IMG/VR virus record: IMGVR_UViG_3300042549_010585
Source of the DNA: an uncultured virus (IMG/VR IMGVR_UViG_3300042549_010585)
Lineage: Duplodnaviria > Heunggongvirae > Uroviricota > Caudoviricetes
Strand: one strand, 5' to 3'
Length of the DNA stretch: 64,000 nucleotides
Shown here: piece after piece, positions 1 through 8,854 of the stretch
Position numbering within the stretch: position 1 is the stretch's first letter
Layout of the letters: every line of letters starts with the position of its first letter
Notes under the pieces: model-generated
Databases searched by the model: none
What the model saw: only the letters and a program-made list of their open reading frames with translations
Told to the model about the DNA's origin: nothing
Made by a program: the position numbers and the translations under genes

Positions 1-28
1 ACTTTGCAATTTTTATTAAATTTTTCAT
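1..28 (-). CDS. 5' fragment of a hypothetical protein running off the window (MKNLIKIAK...)
   Basis: ATG at 28-26 on the minus strand, preceded by AAGGGA; frame open to the window edge; not in the ORF track. Confidence 0.55.
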
Positions 29-97
29 TGAGTTACTTCCCTTAAAAATGATACATACCAATTATTTTTTAAATTATATTAAGCGACTTAGCCAGCT

Positions 98-427
98 TTA
101 ATCTTCATCGTAGTAACCTTCTGGGGCCTGAACTTCTTGAGGCTTTTGAGCTTGCTCGTCAGACTTAAAAATTTGGTCTTGATTGATAAAATTATAAAAA
201 GAAGAATAAACTTCTTGTAATCTAGAAATTAAAATACTAAGTTTCTGGAAATCAGGATCAGTATTTATAATCTGTATACGCTGATCATCATTCAGTTTAT
301 TAAAACCTTCACTCTTTTCAATTATTTTATTAATAACTTCTTCGCCTGATTTAGAATATTGAGATATAACATTCTGATAACCATAGAATTTTTGCTGAAA
401 CTTATCTATCTCTTCTTGTGCATTCAT
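98..427 (-). CDS. hypothetical protein
   Basis: 109-aa ORF starting 2 nt after the upstream stop; no recognised motif. Confidence 0.7.
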   Translation of the reverse strand: MNAQEEIDKFQQKFYGYQNVISQYSKSGEEVINKIIEKSEGFNKLNDDQRIQIINTDPDFQKLSILISRLQEVYSSFYNFINQDQIFKSDEQAQKPQEVQAPEGYYDED

Positions 428-429
428 AT

Positions 430-1299
430 TTATTTCCTTCCCCTTATTCTGTTTCTACTGAAGAAACTATCCTTACTTTTATTTATTTCAGATTGGGTCT
501 GGGGATTATTAGTATCCATCTGTTGTCTAGTCTGTTTGCCTTCTGGAGATTTGGCTCTCCGTGCTTTTTCTGCGACGTCTAAGGCAACTGAGGCGGCGCT
601 AATTGCACTAACTACTCCTCCTGCTACAAAAGGAGTAAGAAAGGTAAGCATCAAATCTCTTTTGTCGGAGGTTAAATTCATCGCAATCATATCTTTTATT
701 TTTATAATATCGTTGGAATCCGCGAAGACGTAATAAGCATCGCCATCTTTCCAGGCATTAGGGTGCTCAGAGGGAAAATCTTTCATACTTTCTGCAATTT
801 CTTTGAGTGTCATCTCTGCATCATTAGGATTTGGAGATATTGACTTTAATTCTCCAATACTATCATATTTCTTTAAATTAAATTTTTTTGTGTCAAATTC
901 TTGGAGTAAAGTATTTTTGCCAAATTTTCTTTCCCACTTCATTCTAGCATAAGGCTTAAGCTTTGCTGCAGCCCCAGTCATTATGCCAACCCAAAGCAAA
1001 GGATCGCGAATTATAGAACCAATACTTGTAGTTGAAGCAATGCCTTGAATTATTTTATCAGCTGCAAATACAACGCCTCCTAAGCCAGCCATACCCATTA
1101 ATGCTTTTTCGTCAGATTGCATTCCAGCTTCATGAATTTTTTTAGCATTCAAAAGCCCTTTTTGAAGATCTTTAACTTTTATCGTTTGCACAGGTGGATG
1201 GGGTGGAGGATTTACAGCAGCTATTTTTGTCATTAAAACTTCAAAATCTTGTGCTGTTAATTTATTACTATTATTGCTCGATACTTTAAATCTATTCAT
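430..1299 (-). CDS. hypothetical protein with hydrophobic Gly/Ala-rich segments (possible virion/ejection protein)
   Basis: 289-aa ORF in operon-like spacing; segments GMAGLGGVVFAA and FVAGGVVSAISAASVAL; function is inference only. Confidence 0.65.
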   Translation of the reverse strand: MNRFKVSSNNSNKLTAQDFEVLMTKIAAVNPPPHPPVQTIKVKDLQKGLLNAKKIHEAGMQSDEKALMGMAGLGGVVFAADKIIQGIASTTSIGSIIRDPLLWVGIMTGAAAKLKPYARMKWERKFGKNTLLQEFDTKKFNLKKYDSIGELKSISPNPNDAEMTLKEIAESMKDFPSEHPNAWKDGDAYYVFADSNDIIKIKDMIAMNLTSDKRDLMLTFLTPFVAGGVVSAISAASVALDVAEKARRAKSPEGKQTRQQMDTNNPQTQSEINKSKDSFFSRNRIRGRK

Positions 1300-1312
1300 A
1301 AAAAACGCCCTT

Positions 1313-2764
1313 TTAAGCTGTTACAATTAATTCAATATTCTTATCCTCAATATATTTTTCCTTCAAAGAATATGACTCTGGATTTGTAAGAGCTGTGGCA
1401 TCAACAACAATAGTGCCTCTAAAATTAATAATTTCACTATCCTCATCGAATTCTTCTGAATAATCACCTAATAAATCAAAGGCAGCTTCAGATACTGAAT
1501 TTCTAACTACTGATTTAAGAGCTCTGGCTCCTGTCGCCATGCCAAAGGCTTTATCAATACAAGCATCTACAAATTCTTCAGTAAAAATTAAATTATATCC
1601 ACTGTTTGCAAAGAGCTTCTTTTGAATCTTGATAGGTGAGTGGGTTGTATTTAAAAGGATTTTTCTTAATTCTTCTTTTGTCAGAGGTGCAAGAGCTACA
1701 ATGGATGGTATTCTTCCCAGCAGCTCTGTAAGTATGCCATATTCTTCAAGCGATTCTAAGAGAATATCATATGGTGCTTGAGACAAAATTTCATGAGTCT
1801 TCATCGCCTTCTCATATTCCTTATTAGATTCGGAAGAAGCCCTTAGTCCTATTTGCCTACCAGCATATCCCATCTTCTTAGCAACAATATCTGAAAGACC
1901 AATAAAAGCACCACCAAAGAAGAATAACATCTTACCCGTGTGAACAGATATGGAGTCGTGTGGATCCTTTGCTAGTCTAACTTGTCGGCCCTCTACAAGC
2001 CTAAGAAGAGAGCTTTGGGTTGATTTGGTCATAACCTCACTCTTGCCTTCATGATGATGTCCAGCAAGCTTATCGATTTCGTCAATAAAAACCAAACCGC
2101 GTTCCGCCAGATTACTAATACCCTTAGACTTTTGCACCATCTCCATCACGATAGTATCTACATCAGCACCCTGAAATCCAGTTGGAGAAAAGATAGTTGA
2201 ATCTGCTGATACAAAAGGAACATCTAACTTACTTGCAATTGTATTTGCGAGGAGTGTTTTACCACTTCCAGAAGGACCAATCATCAATACATGGTGTGGA
2301 TTTGGGATGCTATAAATATCACTTTCAGAAAGATCAGAATAATGCTCATGAACAGCAATGCTCATAATCTTCTTTGGTGTTACCTGACCAATCACTGTAT
2401 TTTCAATTGCAGCATAAATTTCTCTAGGAGACATAATAGAGTTATTATTCATATGATTCTTAATAAAAGAATTACGCTTTGATGCTGGAATCATCTCAAG
2501 GATCTTTTCCTTAAGCCTCCATCCTGTTTCAGAATCTTCAATGCCTTGCAAACAATTAACAACCTTGGAGTTTAATTCAATTTGACCAATTCTACGACCA
2601 CGCTCAAAAGGTGACATACATTCTTTACAGATCCAAATGTCTCTGTTCTGAATTGTTAAATTCTTGCCTTTATTTACAGTTGTTCCATCTATAGATGGTT
2701 TCTTACAAACCAAACATTGTGTATCGTTAATTTCGTCTGTTGGTGGTTCCATGTTAATTTTCAA
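1313..2764 (-). CDS. clpX: ClpX-like AAA+ unfoldase
   Basis: N-terminal C4 zinc motif (CLVC...ICKEC), VIGQ, Walker A GPSGSGKT, Walker B FIDEIDK, GGAF, IGL loop, ELLGRIP, TGARAL; TTG start with AAGGGAG RBS. Confidence 0.92.
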   Translation of the reverse strand: MKINMEPPTDEINDTQCLVCKKPSIDGTTVNKGKNLTIQNRDIWICKECMSPFERGRRIGQIELNSKVVNCLQGIEDSETGWRLKEKILEMIPASKRNSFIKNHMNNNSIMSPREIYAAIENTVIGQVTPKKIMSIAVHEHYSDLSESDIYSIPNPHHVLMIGPSGSGKTLLANTIASKLDVPFVSADSTIFSPTGFQGADVDTIVMEMVQKSKGISNLAERGLVFIDEIDKLAGHHHEGKSEVMTKSTQSSLLRLVEGRQVRLAKDPHDSISVHTGKMLFFFGGAFIGLSDIVAKKMGYAGRQIGLRASSESNKEYEKAMKTHEILSQAPYDILLESLEEYGILTELLGRIPSIVALAPLTKEELRKILLNTTHSPIKIQKKLFANSGYNLIFTEEFVDACIDKAFGMATGARALKSVVRNSVSEAAFDLLGDYSEEFDEDSEIINFRGTIVVDATALTNPESYSLKEKYIEDKNIELIVTA

Positions 2765-2807
2765 TTTAAACTCCCTTATAAATTCTTTATATTATATTAT
2801 GGTATGT

Positions 2808-2827
2808 AAGACACACCCTTGTGTCTT
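2808..2827 (-). terminator. hairpin after recD2 (weak terminator or operator)
   Basis: AAGACACA-ccct-TGTGTCTT 8-bp inverted repeat; poor U tail on the minus strand. Confidence 0.35.
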
Positions 2828-2832
2828 TGATT

Positions 2833-5040
2833 TTATTTGATTTTAGAAATTAATCTTTCCTTCAAAGTTGTATTACGCTTGGTTTCTCTGGTATTATTAA
2901 CAGCACTTTTTACCGCATTTGATGTTCCAACTACAATACAAATCTTTTTAGCTCTTGTAATTCCTGTGTAAAAAAGATTTCTTTGAAGCATAGTTGTTTG
3001 TGAATCGTGTGCAAGAATTATCACAGCTGGGAATTCTCCACCTTGTGATTTATGCACTGTGATACACCAAGCATGTTGCAAATCATCTAATTCATGTTGT
3101 TTGTAAATTACTACTTCATTCAAATCAGGAAACTTTACACCTACTTGTACAGGCGATGTTTGTTTATTTATTCCTACAATTTTACCCATATCTCCATTAA
3201 ATACATTTTTTTCATAATCATTCTTGATTTGCATAACTCTATCACCAACTCTAAAGATCTTCGGGCCTCCAGAAAGCATGCCAGCCTGGATCTCTTCTTT
3301 ATTGTCAGCTCTTGGGTTTAATACTTCTTGAAGCTTAGGGTTAATATCGTTGACACCAAGCCCCTTTTCTCGCATGGGGGTAAGTATCTGAATATCATCT
3401 ACAGTCAGGTTCTTTTCGTTAACTTTGACAGATGGTAATGTTTTTTGAACTAAGTGCTTCAATATACCAATGACATCATCAATTTTTTCAGCTCCAGCAA
3501 ACATAAAGTTTTTACCTTGTGCCTTACTGGGAACAATAAGTTCTGGAACTCTTCCACCAATAACATCGTGGGCTGCAAGAACAATGGCAGACTTAGCATC
3601 CTGCCTAAATACCTTATTTAATCTTACATAAGGTATTTTATTACTATTGATTAAATCTTTTAAGATATTACCAGGGCCTACAGATGGGAGCTGATCAACA
3701 TCACCTATCAAAATTAATCTATCGTTGCTTTCTAGAGCAGATAAAAGATGCTTGAACAATAGCAAATCAACCATTGATGTTTCATCTATAATGACACAGT
3801 CTGTCATTAATGGGTTGTAGTCATTAAATTCAAAACCACCATCCGGTGAAACTTTTAATAATCTATGGATGGTCTTTGCTTCGAATAAAGTAGATTCCAT
3901 CAGGCGCTTTGCTGCACGACCCGTAGGAGAGCATAAATTAAAATTAATTTTATGATAGTCCATAAGTCTACAGATAGCCTTGGTAATAGTTGTCTTACCA
4001 GATCCTGGGCCTCCTGTAATAATAAAAACTCTATTGTTCAAAGCTGACAGAATAGCATTTTTCTGTTCATCAGAAAAGGTGAAATCTCCAAGACCAACAA
4101 TCTTTAAATCATGGTCTAGGTCTTCAACAGATTTATAATAAACCCTACCCTTGTACCGCATAAGATCTGAAATGATATCAGTGACCTTTTTTTCTGATTC
4201 GTAAATTGTAGATAAATAAATTTTTTGATCTTCAAGCACAAGAGTACCCTTAGAAACAAGAGATTTAATAGCTGCTAAAACATGGTTTAAATTAGCATCA
4301 CCTTGAAGTAGAAGAGTTGCTTGTTCGCCAATATTATAATGATCCATATAACAATGGCCACCTTGTACAAGGGCGTTTTCAAGAATATATTTAATAGCTG
4401 CTTCTACACGAGATTCACTATTCCTTGGAATGCCAACCTTTAGAGCTATTTCGTCGGCCTTCTGAAAACCTACACCGTAAACCTCGGTAAGCCTATAAGA
4501 GTCTTTTTCTACAATTTCGAGAGCAACTTCTTCAAAGTGAGAATGAATCTTCAATGCCAAATTTACATTTACATTATATTTTATTAGATTGGATATAAGT
4601 TTATGTGCTGCTCGATTCTGGGTCCATTGCTGTTCAATAGATTGTGCTCTAGCATGCGGTAAGCCTGGAACATCATAAATCTTTTCTATGCTATCATCAA
4701 GTATAGCCAGGGCGTCAGATCCAAAGTGCTCAGCAACCATTCTTGCATAGGACTTTCCAATACCGTCAAAGGATGCTCCAGAAAGATAATTTACAACACC
4801 CTCAATACTAGAGAATCCCTTTTCTTGAATATCTTTGACTTTATACTGTACACCGTATTTAGGATGCTCAGTTTTAATTGCAGAAGCAGCTACCATAACG
4901 CCGCAGGCAAATTCAGGCATATCGCCCACAAGAGTAGCAACATTACCCTTTGCAAGCTCCACCCTTAGGATAGCATACCCACTATCAAATGTTTTCTGGC
5001 TAATAACCTCGCCAGTAAGATCCTGCAAATCAGCTTCCAT
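2833..5040 (-). CDS. recD2: RecD2-like SF1B ATP-dependent DNA helicase
   Basis: N-terminal HPKYGVQY domain, HhH motifs (GIG, GVGFQKAD), GGPGSGKT, SPTGRAAKRL, TIHRLL, IIDETSM, GDVDQLPSVGPG, FRQ, TVHKSQG, YTGITRAK. Confidence 0.95.
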   Translation of the reverse strand: MEADLQDLTGEVISQKTFDSGYAILRVELAKGNVATLVGDMPEFACGVMVAASAIKTEHPKYGVQYKVKDIQEKGFSSIEGVVNYLSGASFDGIGKSYARMVAEHFGSDALAILDDSIEKIYDVPGLPHARAQSIEQQWTQNRAAHKLISNLIKYNVNVNLALKIHSHFEEVALEIVEKDSYRLTEVYGVGFQKADEIALKVGIPRNSESRVEAAIKYILENALVQGGHCYMDHYNIGEQATLLLQGDANLNHVLAAIKSLVSKGTLVLEDQKIYLSTIYESEKKVTDIISDLMRYKGRVYYKSVEDLDHDLKIVGLGDFTFSDEQKNAILSALNNRVFIITGGPGSGKTTITKAICRLMDYHKINFNLCSPTGRAAKRLMESTLFEAKTIHRLLKVSPDGGFEFNDYNPLMTDCVIIDETSMVDLLLFKHLLSALESNDRLILIGDVDQLPSVGPGNILKDLINSNKIPYVRLNKVFRQDAKSAIVLAAHDVIGGRVPELIVPSKAQGKNFMFAGAEKIDDVIGILKHLVQKTLPSVKVNEKNLTVDDIQILTPMREKGLGVNDINPKLQEVLNPRADNKEEIQAGMLSGGPKIFRVGDRVMQIKNDYEKNVFNGDMGKIVGINKQTSPVQVGVKFPDLNEVVIYKQHELDDLQHAWCITVHKSQGGEFPAVIILAHDSQTTMLQRNLFYTGITRAKKICIVVGTSNAVKSAVNNTRETKRNTTLKERLISKIK

Positions 5041-5212
5041 TGCTTTACCTCAATTGTTTTATGCTATAGTTATCGCTCATAATTTAAGTTTAAAAGCTAG
5101 GAAATTAGTCAGATTTTTGAACCCCTATTTTAAGGTATTCTATATATTATATATATTTAATGAATATTTTATATTTATTTATATTTATTTATAAATACGG
5201 TCATAGGCGACA

Positions 5213-5238
5213 AGGTTTAGGAGGAGAAACCATTGTAA
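5213..5238 (+). promoter_or_regulatory. candidate AGG-N19-GWAA promoter
   Basis: AGG 5213-5215, GTAA 5235-5238, upstream of ORF 5319; same spacing at five other intergenic sites. Confidence 0.5.
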
Positions 5239-5318
5239 AATATTAATGAATAAAATTGTATATTGTGCAATTAATCTAATACGACCTTGATAAAAAATAA
5301 AAAATAAAGGAAATAACT

Positions 5319-5606
5319 ATGGGTGGTAATAATTATATGGGTGCTCCTTCAAGCAACGTCATGACGGATCATGGATATGGTGAATGGGTTGTAGTTCTTT
5401 ATAATCCAACTGGTCCTTGTGGCTTATTTAGGGGAAGTCTTATAGTGGCTAAAGACTTTCATACAATTTATGGCTTTAGAAGCTTAAAGACCGGTGAAAA
5501 AGAAAAGAAAACTTTGGCTTCTTTTCCAAGTCAAAATGTAGCTTTTGTTTATGACCAAAGATTCATTGAAGATCTCAATGAAGATCTTGAAGAAGAAGAG
5601 GTTTAA
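5319..5606 (+). CDS. hypothetical protein
   Basis: 95-aa ORF, AAAGGA RBS, acidic C-terminus. Confidence 0.7.
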   Translation: MGGNNYMGAPSSNVMTDHGYGEWVVVLYNPTGPCGLFRGSLIVAKDFHTIYGFRSLKTGEKEKKTLASFPSQNVAFVYDQRFIEDLNEDLEEEEV

Positions 5607-5611
5607 TCTCT

Positions 5612-5878
5612 ATGTGGTGGTATAATCGAAATCTAATAAGAGAGGCTTCTAACGAGGATGCAAAAATTGTATCTTTCGATGCTGAAAGAATTATAAGAAG
5701 ACGATTATACTACCAAGGAGATTTAAATCCTTCAGAAGATAAAGTTAACAAACTTGTAGCCCAAGTTGTTGAAAAACTTAAAACCGAATATGGTAACTTA
5801 AAAAAGATCAGGAGACACTCACCTTCCGAATCTTTAAATCCAATAGTCGAAAAGGCCGTGAGAGAAATATTGCCTTAA
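5612..5878 (+). CDS. small protein, possible stand-alone ATP-cone-like domain
   Basis: IVSFDAERI...LVAQVVEKL...SESLNPIVEKAV resembles the ATP-cone helical pattern; MWWY N-terminus. Confidence 0.45.
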   Translation: MWWYNRNLIREASNEDAKIVSFDAERIIRRRLYYQGDLNPSEDKVNKLVAQVVEKLKTEYGNLKKIRRHSPSESLNPIVEKAVREILP

Positions 5879-5923
5879 AAAAAACACTTGGCATCGGCAC
5901 TGCACTTAGAGGTGGTAAATACG

Positions 5924-6598
5924 ATGTCAAATATTCTAAATCATATAGAAGAAAAGCTCTATAGAGCTAACTACAAAACTGAAGATAATAGGCAACAAGC
6001 TTATCTTTCACTTCATGCTGCCATATCTAAGAACAAAGAAGTTCCTAGAGTATATATTCCACAAGGCCAAGCTACCATTGAAACATTTGAGGCTATCTTG
6101 TCTCACCTTTTGCTATCAGATACCAATAATATTGTTGAAATTACCAACAAATATATAAGTGGATTAAGTATTTCAACAAAACAAATAAATTCTCTATCAT
6201 TTGAAAATAAAGAAGAACTTTTATCATTAATAGATGACTTATTATTAAATGGGTGGGGTAAAGGTCATATATTTTATGAAAAAATGAGATTGTCACCAAA
6301 ATCTGATTGTCATTTATTAGGGTGGATTAAGACACAAAATATATCTAATGACGATAAATACATTAGTCTTATTAGAAAATTGGAACTTAGATTAAAACAA
6401 GGTATTGAAAATACTGAAAATTTAAATAAAGTTTTCTCTAATGGAGAAAGAAGATACAATCCGACAATACTTTCTAAATCTTATGAATTAATTCTCGAAA
6501 AGATATGGAGAGTTAATTGGAATCAAAATACAAATTATATGGTAATGTTGGATGAAGAAGAGCTATTGTCTAAGCTTATTTTCATAGAGGAGATTTAA
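5924..6598 (+). CDS. hypothetical protein
   Basis: ORF 5888-6598; ATG at 5924 preceded by GAGGTGG is the likelier start. Confidence 0.65.
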   Translation: MSNILNHIEEKLYRANYKTEDNRQQAYLSLHAAISKNKEVPRVYIPQGQATIETFEAILSHLLLSDTNNIVEITNKYISGLSISTKQINSLSFENKEELLSLIDDLLLNGWGKGHIFYEKMRLSPKSDCHLLGWIKTQNISNDDKYISLIRKLELRLKQGIENTENLNKVFSNGERRYNPTILSKSYELILEKIWRVNWNQNTNYMVMLDEEELLSKLIFIEEI

Positions 6599-6602
6599 CA
6601 CT

Positions 6603-7190
6603 ATGTATTTTAAATGCAAGTTAATGTTGATCACTTCAGTGTTGCATGAAAATAAAAATATAAATATTGAATTTAATAATAAATTTAAATTTTCCATTCT
6701 TGATAATGGTGCAAATTTAAGATGTGGCAGGCCTTGCATAGTTCACATATCATCCAGAAATGAATTAAAAAGCATCTATTTGCTAGATGTGGAGTATAAG
6801 CCATTTCAAGTATATGGCGATTTTGACGTACTACTTGAAGGTTCTGTCATTTATGACGAAACCAAAGAGCTGATAAAGCAAAATGCATATGCATTGCAGT
6901 TTTGTATTCAGGCTTTTAATGTTTTAAATAAATTAGAGATCGAAGATAATAAAAATATTTTATTAAATATTGAAAATGAAATATTTAATTTTGTTTTAAA
7001 AAATAATATTGGCTTCAAGGCTCTTAAGAAATTTGCCAATAAAATGATTTCTTTTGTTGATTTAAAAGAAGAAATCAAAGCTAGAATCATTTACGCAATC
7101 AACGTAGCCCCAATGCCAAGAGTTGCCCTAAATAAGTCATTAGACATAAATTTAGATGAGTATTTAGACAGCAAAATTGTTAGGTGGTAG
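6603..7190 (+). CDS. hypothetical protein
   Basis: 195-aa ORF with GAGGAG RBS; convergent with 7180-7620. Confidence 0.65.
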   Translation: MYFKCKLMLITSVLHENKNINIEFNNKFKFSILDNGANLRCGRPCIVHISSRNELKSIYLLDVEYKPFQVYGDFDVLLEGSVIYDETKELIKQNAYALQFCIQAFNVLNKLEIEDNKNILLNIENEIFNFVLKNNIGFKALKKFANKMISFVDLKEEIKARIIYAINVAPMPRVALNKSLDINLDEYLDSKIVRW

Positions 7191-7620
7191 CGTTCAAGTT
7201 GTTGAAGAACTGCTCTTGTCTCATATTGAAATCTCGGGCGCTATTTTGGCAGATAGGACATGAACCATCTGCATCCCAAAAAATCCTCTTATAGGGCTTA
7301 TCTGTAGGTATTTCTCTTAATCTTCTATCGCAATGGCATCCATCATGTGGTGCTACAGGATTCTCTGGAGAAGGTGCATCTGGATTGACAGATTGCGGAA
7401 CTGGTTCAGGAGCATCAACTGGAGCTAATCCTATTTCAGTTGTGATATCTGGTATTACTTCAGGTATTTCTGGAGTAGGTGTAGATACATCACCTGGAGT
7501 TTCAACTTCATCTGGAGTTGTTTCATCTTCGGAGTTTATATCAGCAAAAGGTACAGCTTTCTGCTTGTGTGTCAAAAGCTTGTGTGTCAATGGTCTATAT
7601 GCTAATCTTGTATACCACAT
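7180..7620 (-). CDS. hypothetical protein with acidic Pro-rich linker and C-terminal Cys/His zinc motif
   Basis: PHDGCHC and CPIC motifs; AAGGA RBS; MWY N-terminus. Confidence 0.75.
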   Translation of the reverse strand: MWYTRLAYRPLTHKLLTHKQKAVPFADINSEDETTPDEVETPGDVSTPTPEIPEVIPDITTEIGLAPVDAPEPVPQSVNPDAPSPENPVAPHDGCHCDRRLREIPTDKPYKRIFWDADGSCPICQNSARDFNMRQEQFFNNLNATT

Positions 7621-7645
7621 AATTATTTCCTTATACCTTTTTATT

Positions 7646-7671
7646 TTTCACTATTGGAAATCTTGCTTCCT
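7646..7671 (-). promoter_or_regulatory. candidate AGG-N19-GAAA promoter
   Basis: CCT 7669-7671 and TTTC 7646-7649 on the plus strand, 19 nt apart, upstream of minus-strand ORF 7620. Confidence 0.55.
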
Positions 7672-7713
7672 TATGTACAATAAATATAAAAATAGAAATA
7701 CACAGGAATTATC

Positions 7714-8763
7714 ATGTCAAATCATTTTAATCCAGAAAAAGTAATCGATTTTAATATTGATTATTATGATGTTTTAGGTTTAGAAAAAGGATGTCTGCCT
7801 GCTGGGAATAATCGCGCAGAAAGAGAAAGAATCACAGACATTTTAAATAGAGCTTATAAATCTTCAGCTTTTAAAACACATCCTGATTTTGCTAATTCAA
7901 ATGAACATAGAGAACAATTAAATGAAAAATTTAAATTAGTTGTTCGTGCTCATACCATTCTTTCAAATCCATTGTATCGTGATTATTACGAGAGTGGTGG
8001 AGAAACAAGACCTTCTACTGTTGAAGACGGTAATACAATGGAAGTCGATTGGAGTCAAGTTGGCACATATAGAGAAGGCATGTTACAGGACACCATTGGT
8101 AATTCTATTTTTCTTAAAATTTGCGAACTCTCTGAAAAGCTTAATTTAGTTCCGGCTTTTAAGCCTTCTTTAGAAGCTCATAATTTTGAATGGGACTGGG
8201 TCATTCCTGATGTCAAAATAAGACCAAATGAGCCTACAAAGATCGCTCTTTCTTGTGTCAATGATGAAAGCAGTGTCTTAAAGCTAACAACTGGTGAAAA
8301 CATCCAAAATTCGCTTCCTTTTAAAATATTTTTTTGTATACCAAGAGCTGCTTTGCATTTTCTTAGAGAGCCTTCTAAAGAATATTCACTTGGCGAAGGC
8401 GAGAATGCTCCAAAGTATCAAATTACAGGAAGCTTAAAAGCAGCTATTTATTCTGATATAAATTTATTAGAAACAACCACCCTGGAAGAGGCCATGGATT
8501 ATATTTCTCCTGGCGGCAAATTAGAACAAGATCTTGAAGCATTCCGTGATGGATCTTTGATTGAAAAGCAACGACAATATGATAAAGAACAAAATCAATC
8601 TCAGTGGCTTACAACTGATCAAGTTAAAGAAATGGATGCAAAAAGGTTAAGATCAATTTTAATTTCTAAAACTTTCTTTACAAAAAGAGATGAAAATGCA
8701 GCTAACTTCATTGACGACATTCCTGATAATGCAGTCAGAAAGAAAGCTAAATATCAGCGTTGA
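7714..8763 (+). CDS. J-domain (type III DnaJ-like) protein
   Basis: DYYDVLGL...AY...THPD...KFKLVVRAHTILSNPLYRDYY J domain, followed by an unrecognised C-terminal region. Confidence 0.85.
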   Translation: MSNHFNPEKVIDFNIDYYDVLGLEKGCLPAGNNRAERERITDILNRAYKSSAFKTHPDFANSNEHREQLNEKFKLVVRAHTILSNPLYRDYYESGGETRPSTVEDGNTMEVDWSQVGTYREGMLQDTIGNSIFLKICELSEKLNLVPAFKPSLEAHNFEWDWVIPDVKIRPNEPTKIALSCVNDESSVLKLTTGENIQNSLPFKIFFCIPRAALHFLREPSKEYSLGEGENAPKYQITGSLKAAIYSDINLLETTTLEEAMDYISPGGKLEQDLEAFRDGSLIEKQRQYDKEQNQSQWLTTDQVKEMDAKRLRSILISKTFFTKRDENAANFIDDIPDNAVRKKAKYQR

Positions 8764-8778
8764 TATCTGGATTTCTAC

Positions 8779-8804
8779 AGGTTTAAAAAACAATTAAATA
8801 GAAA
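8779..8804 (+). promoter_or_regulatory. candidate AGG-N19-GAAA promoter
   Basis: AGG 8779-8781, GAAA 8801-8804, upstream of PIN-PhoH. Confidence 0.55.
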
Positions 8805-8854
8805 GTTCTATATGGATAAAAATTGGTTTATCCGGCTGACCCAGGAGGGACAAA

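Noticed and set aside
6603..7190. Lon N-terminal-domain-like protein
   Set aside because: Only a vague beta-then-helix resemblance; no diagnostic residues
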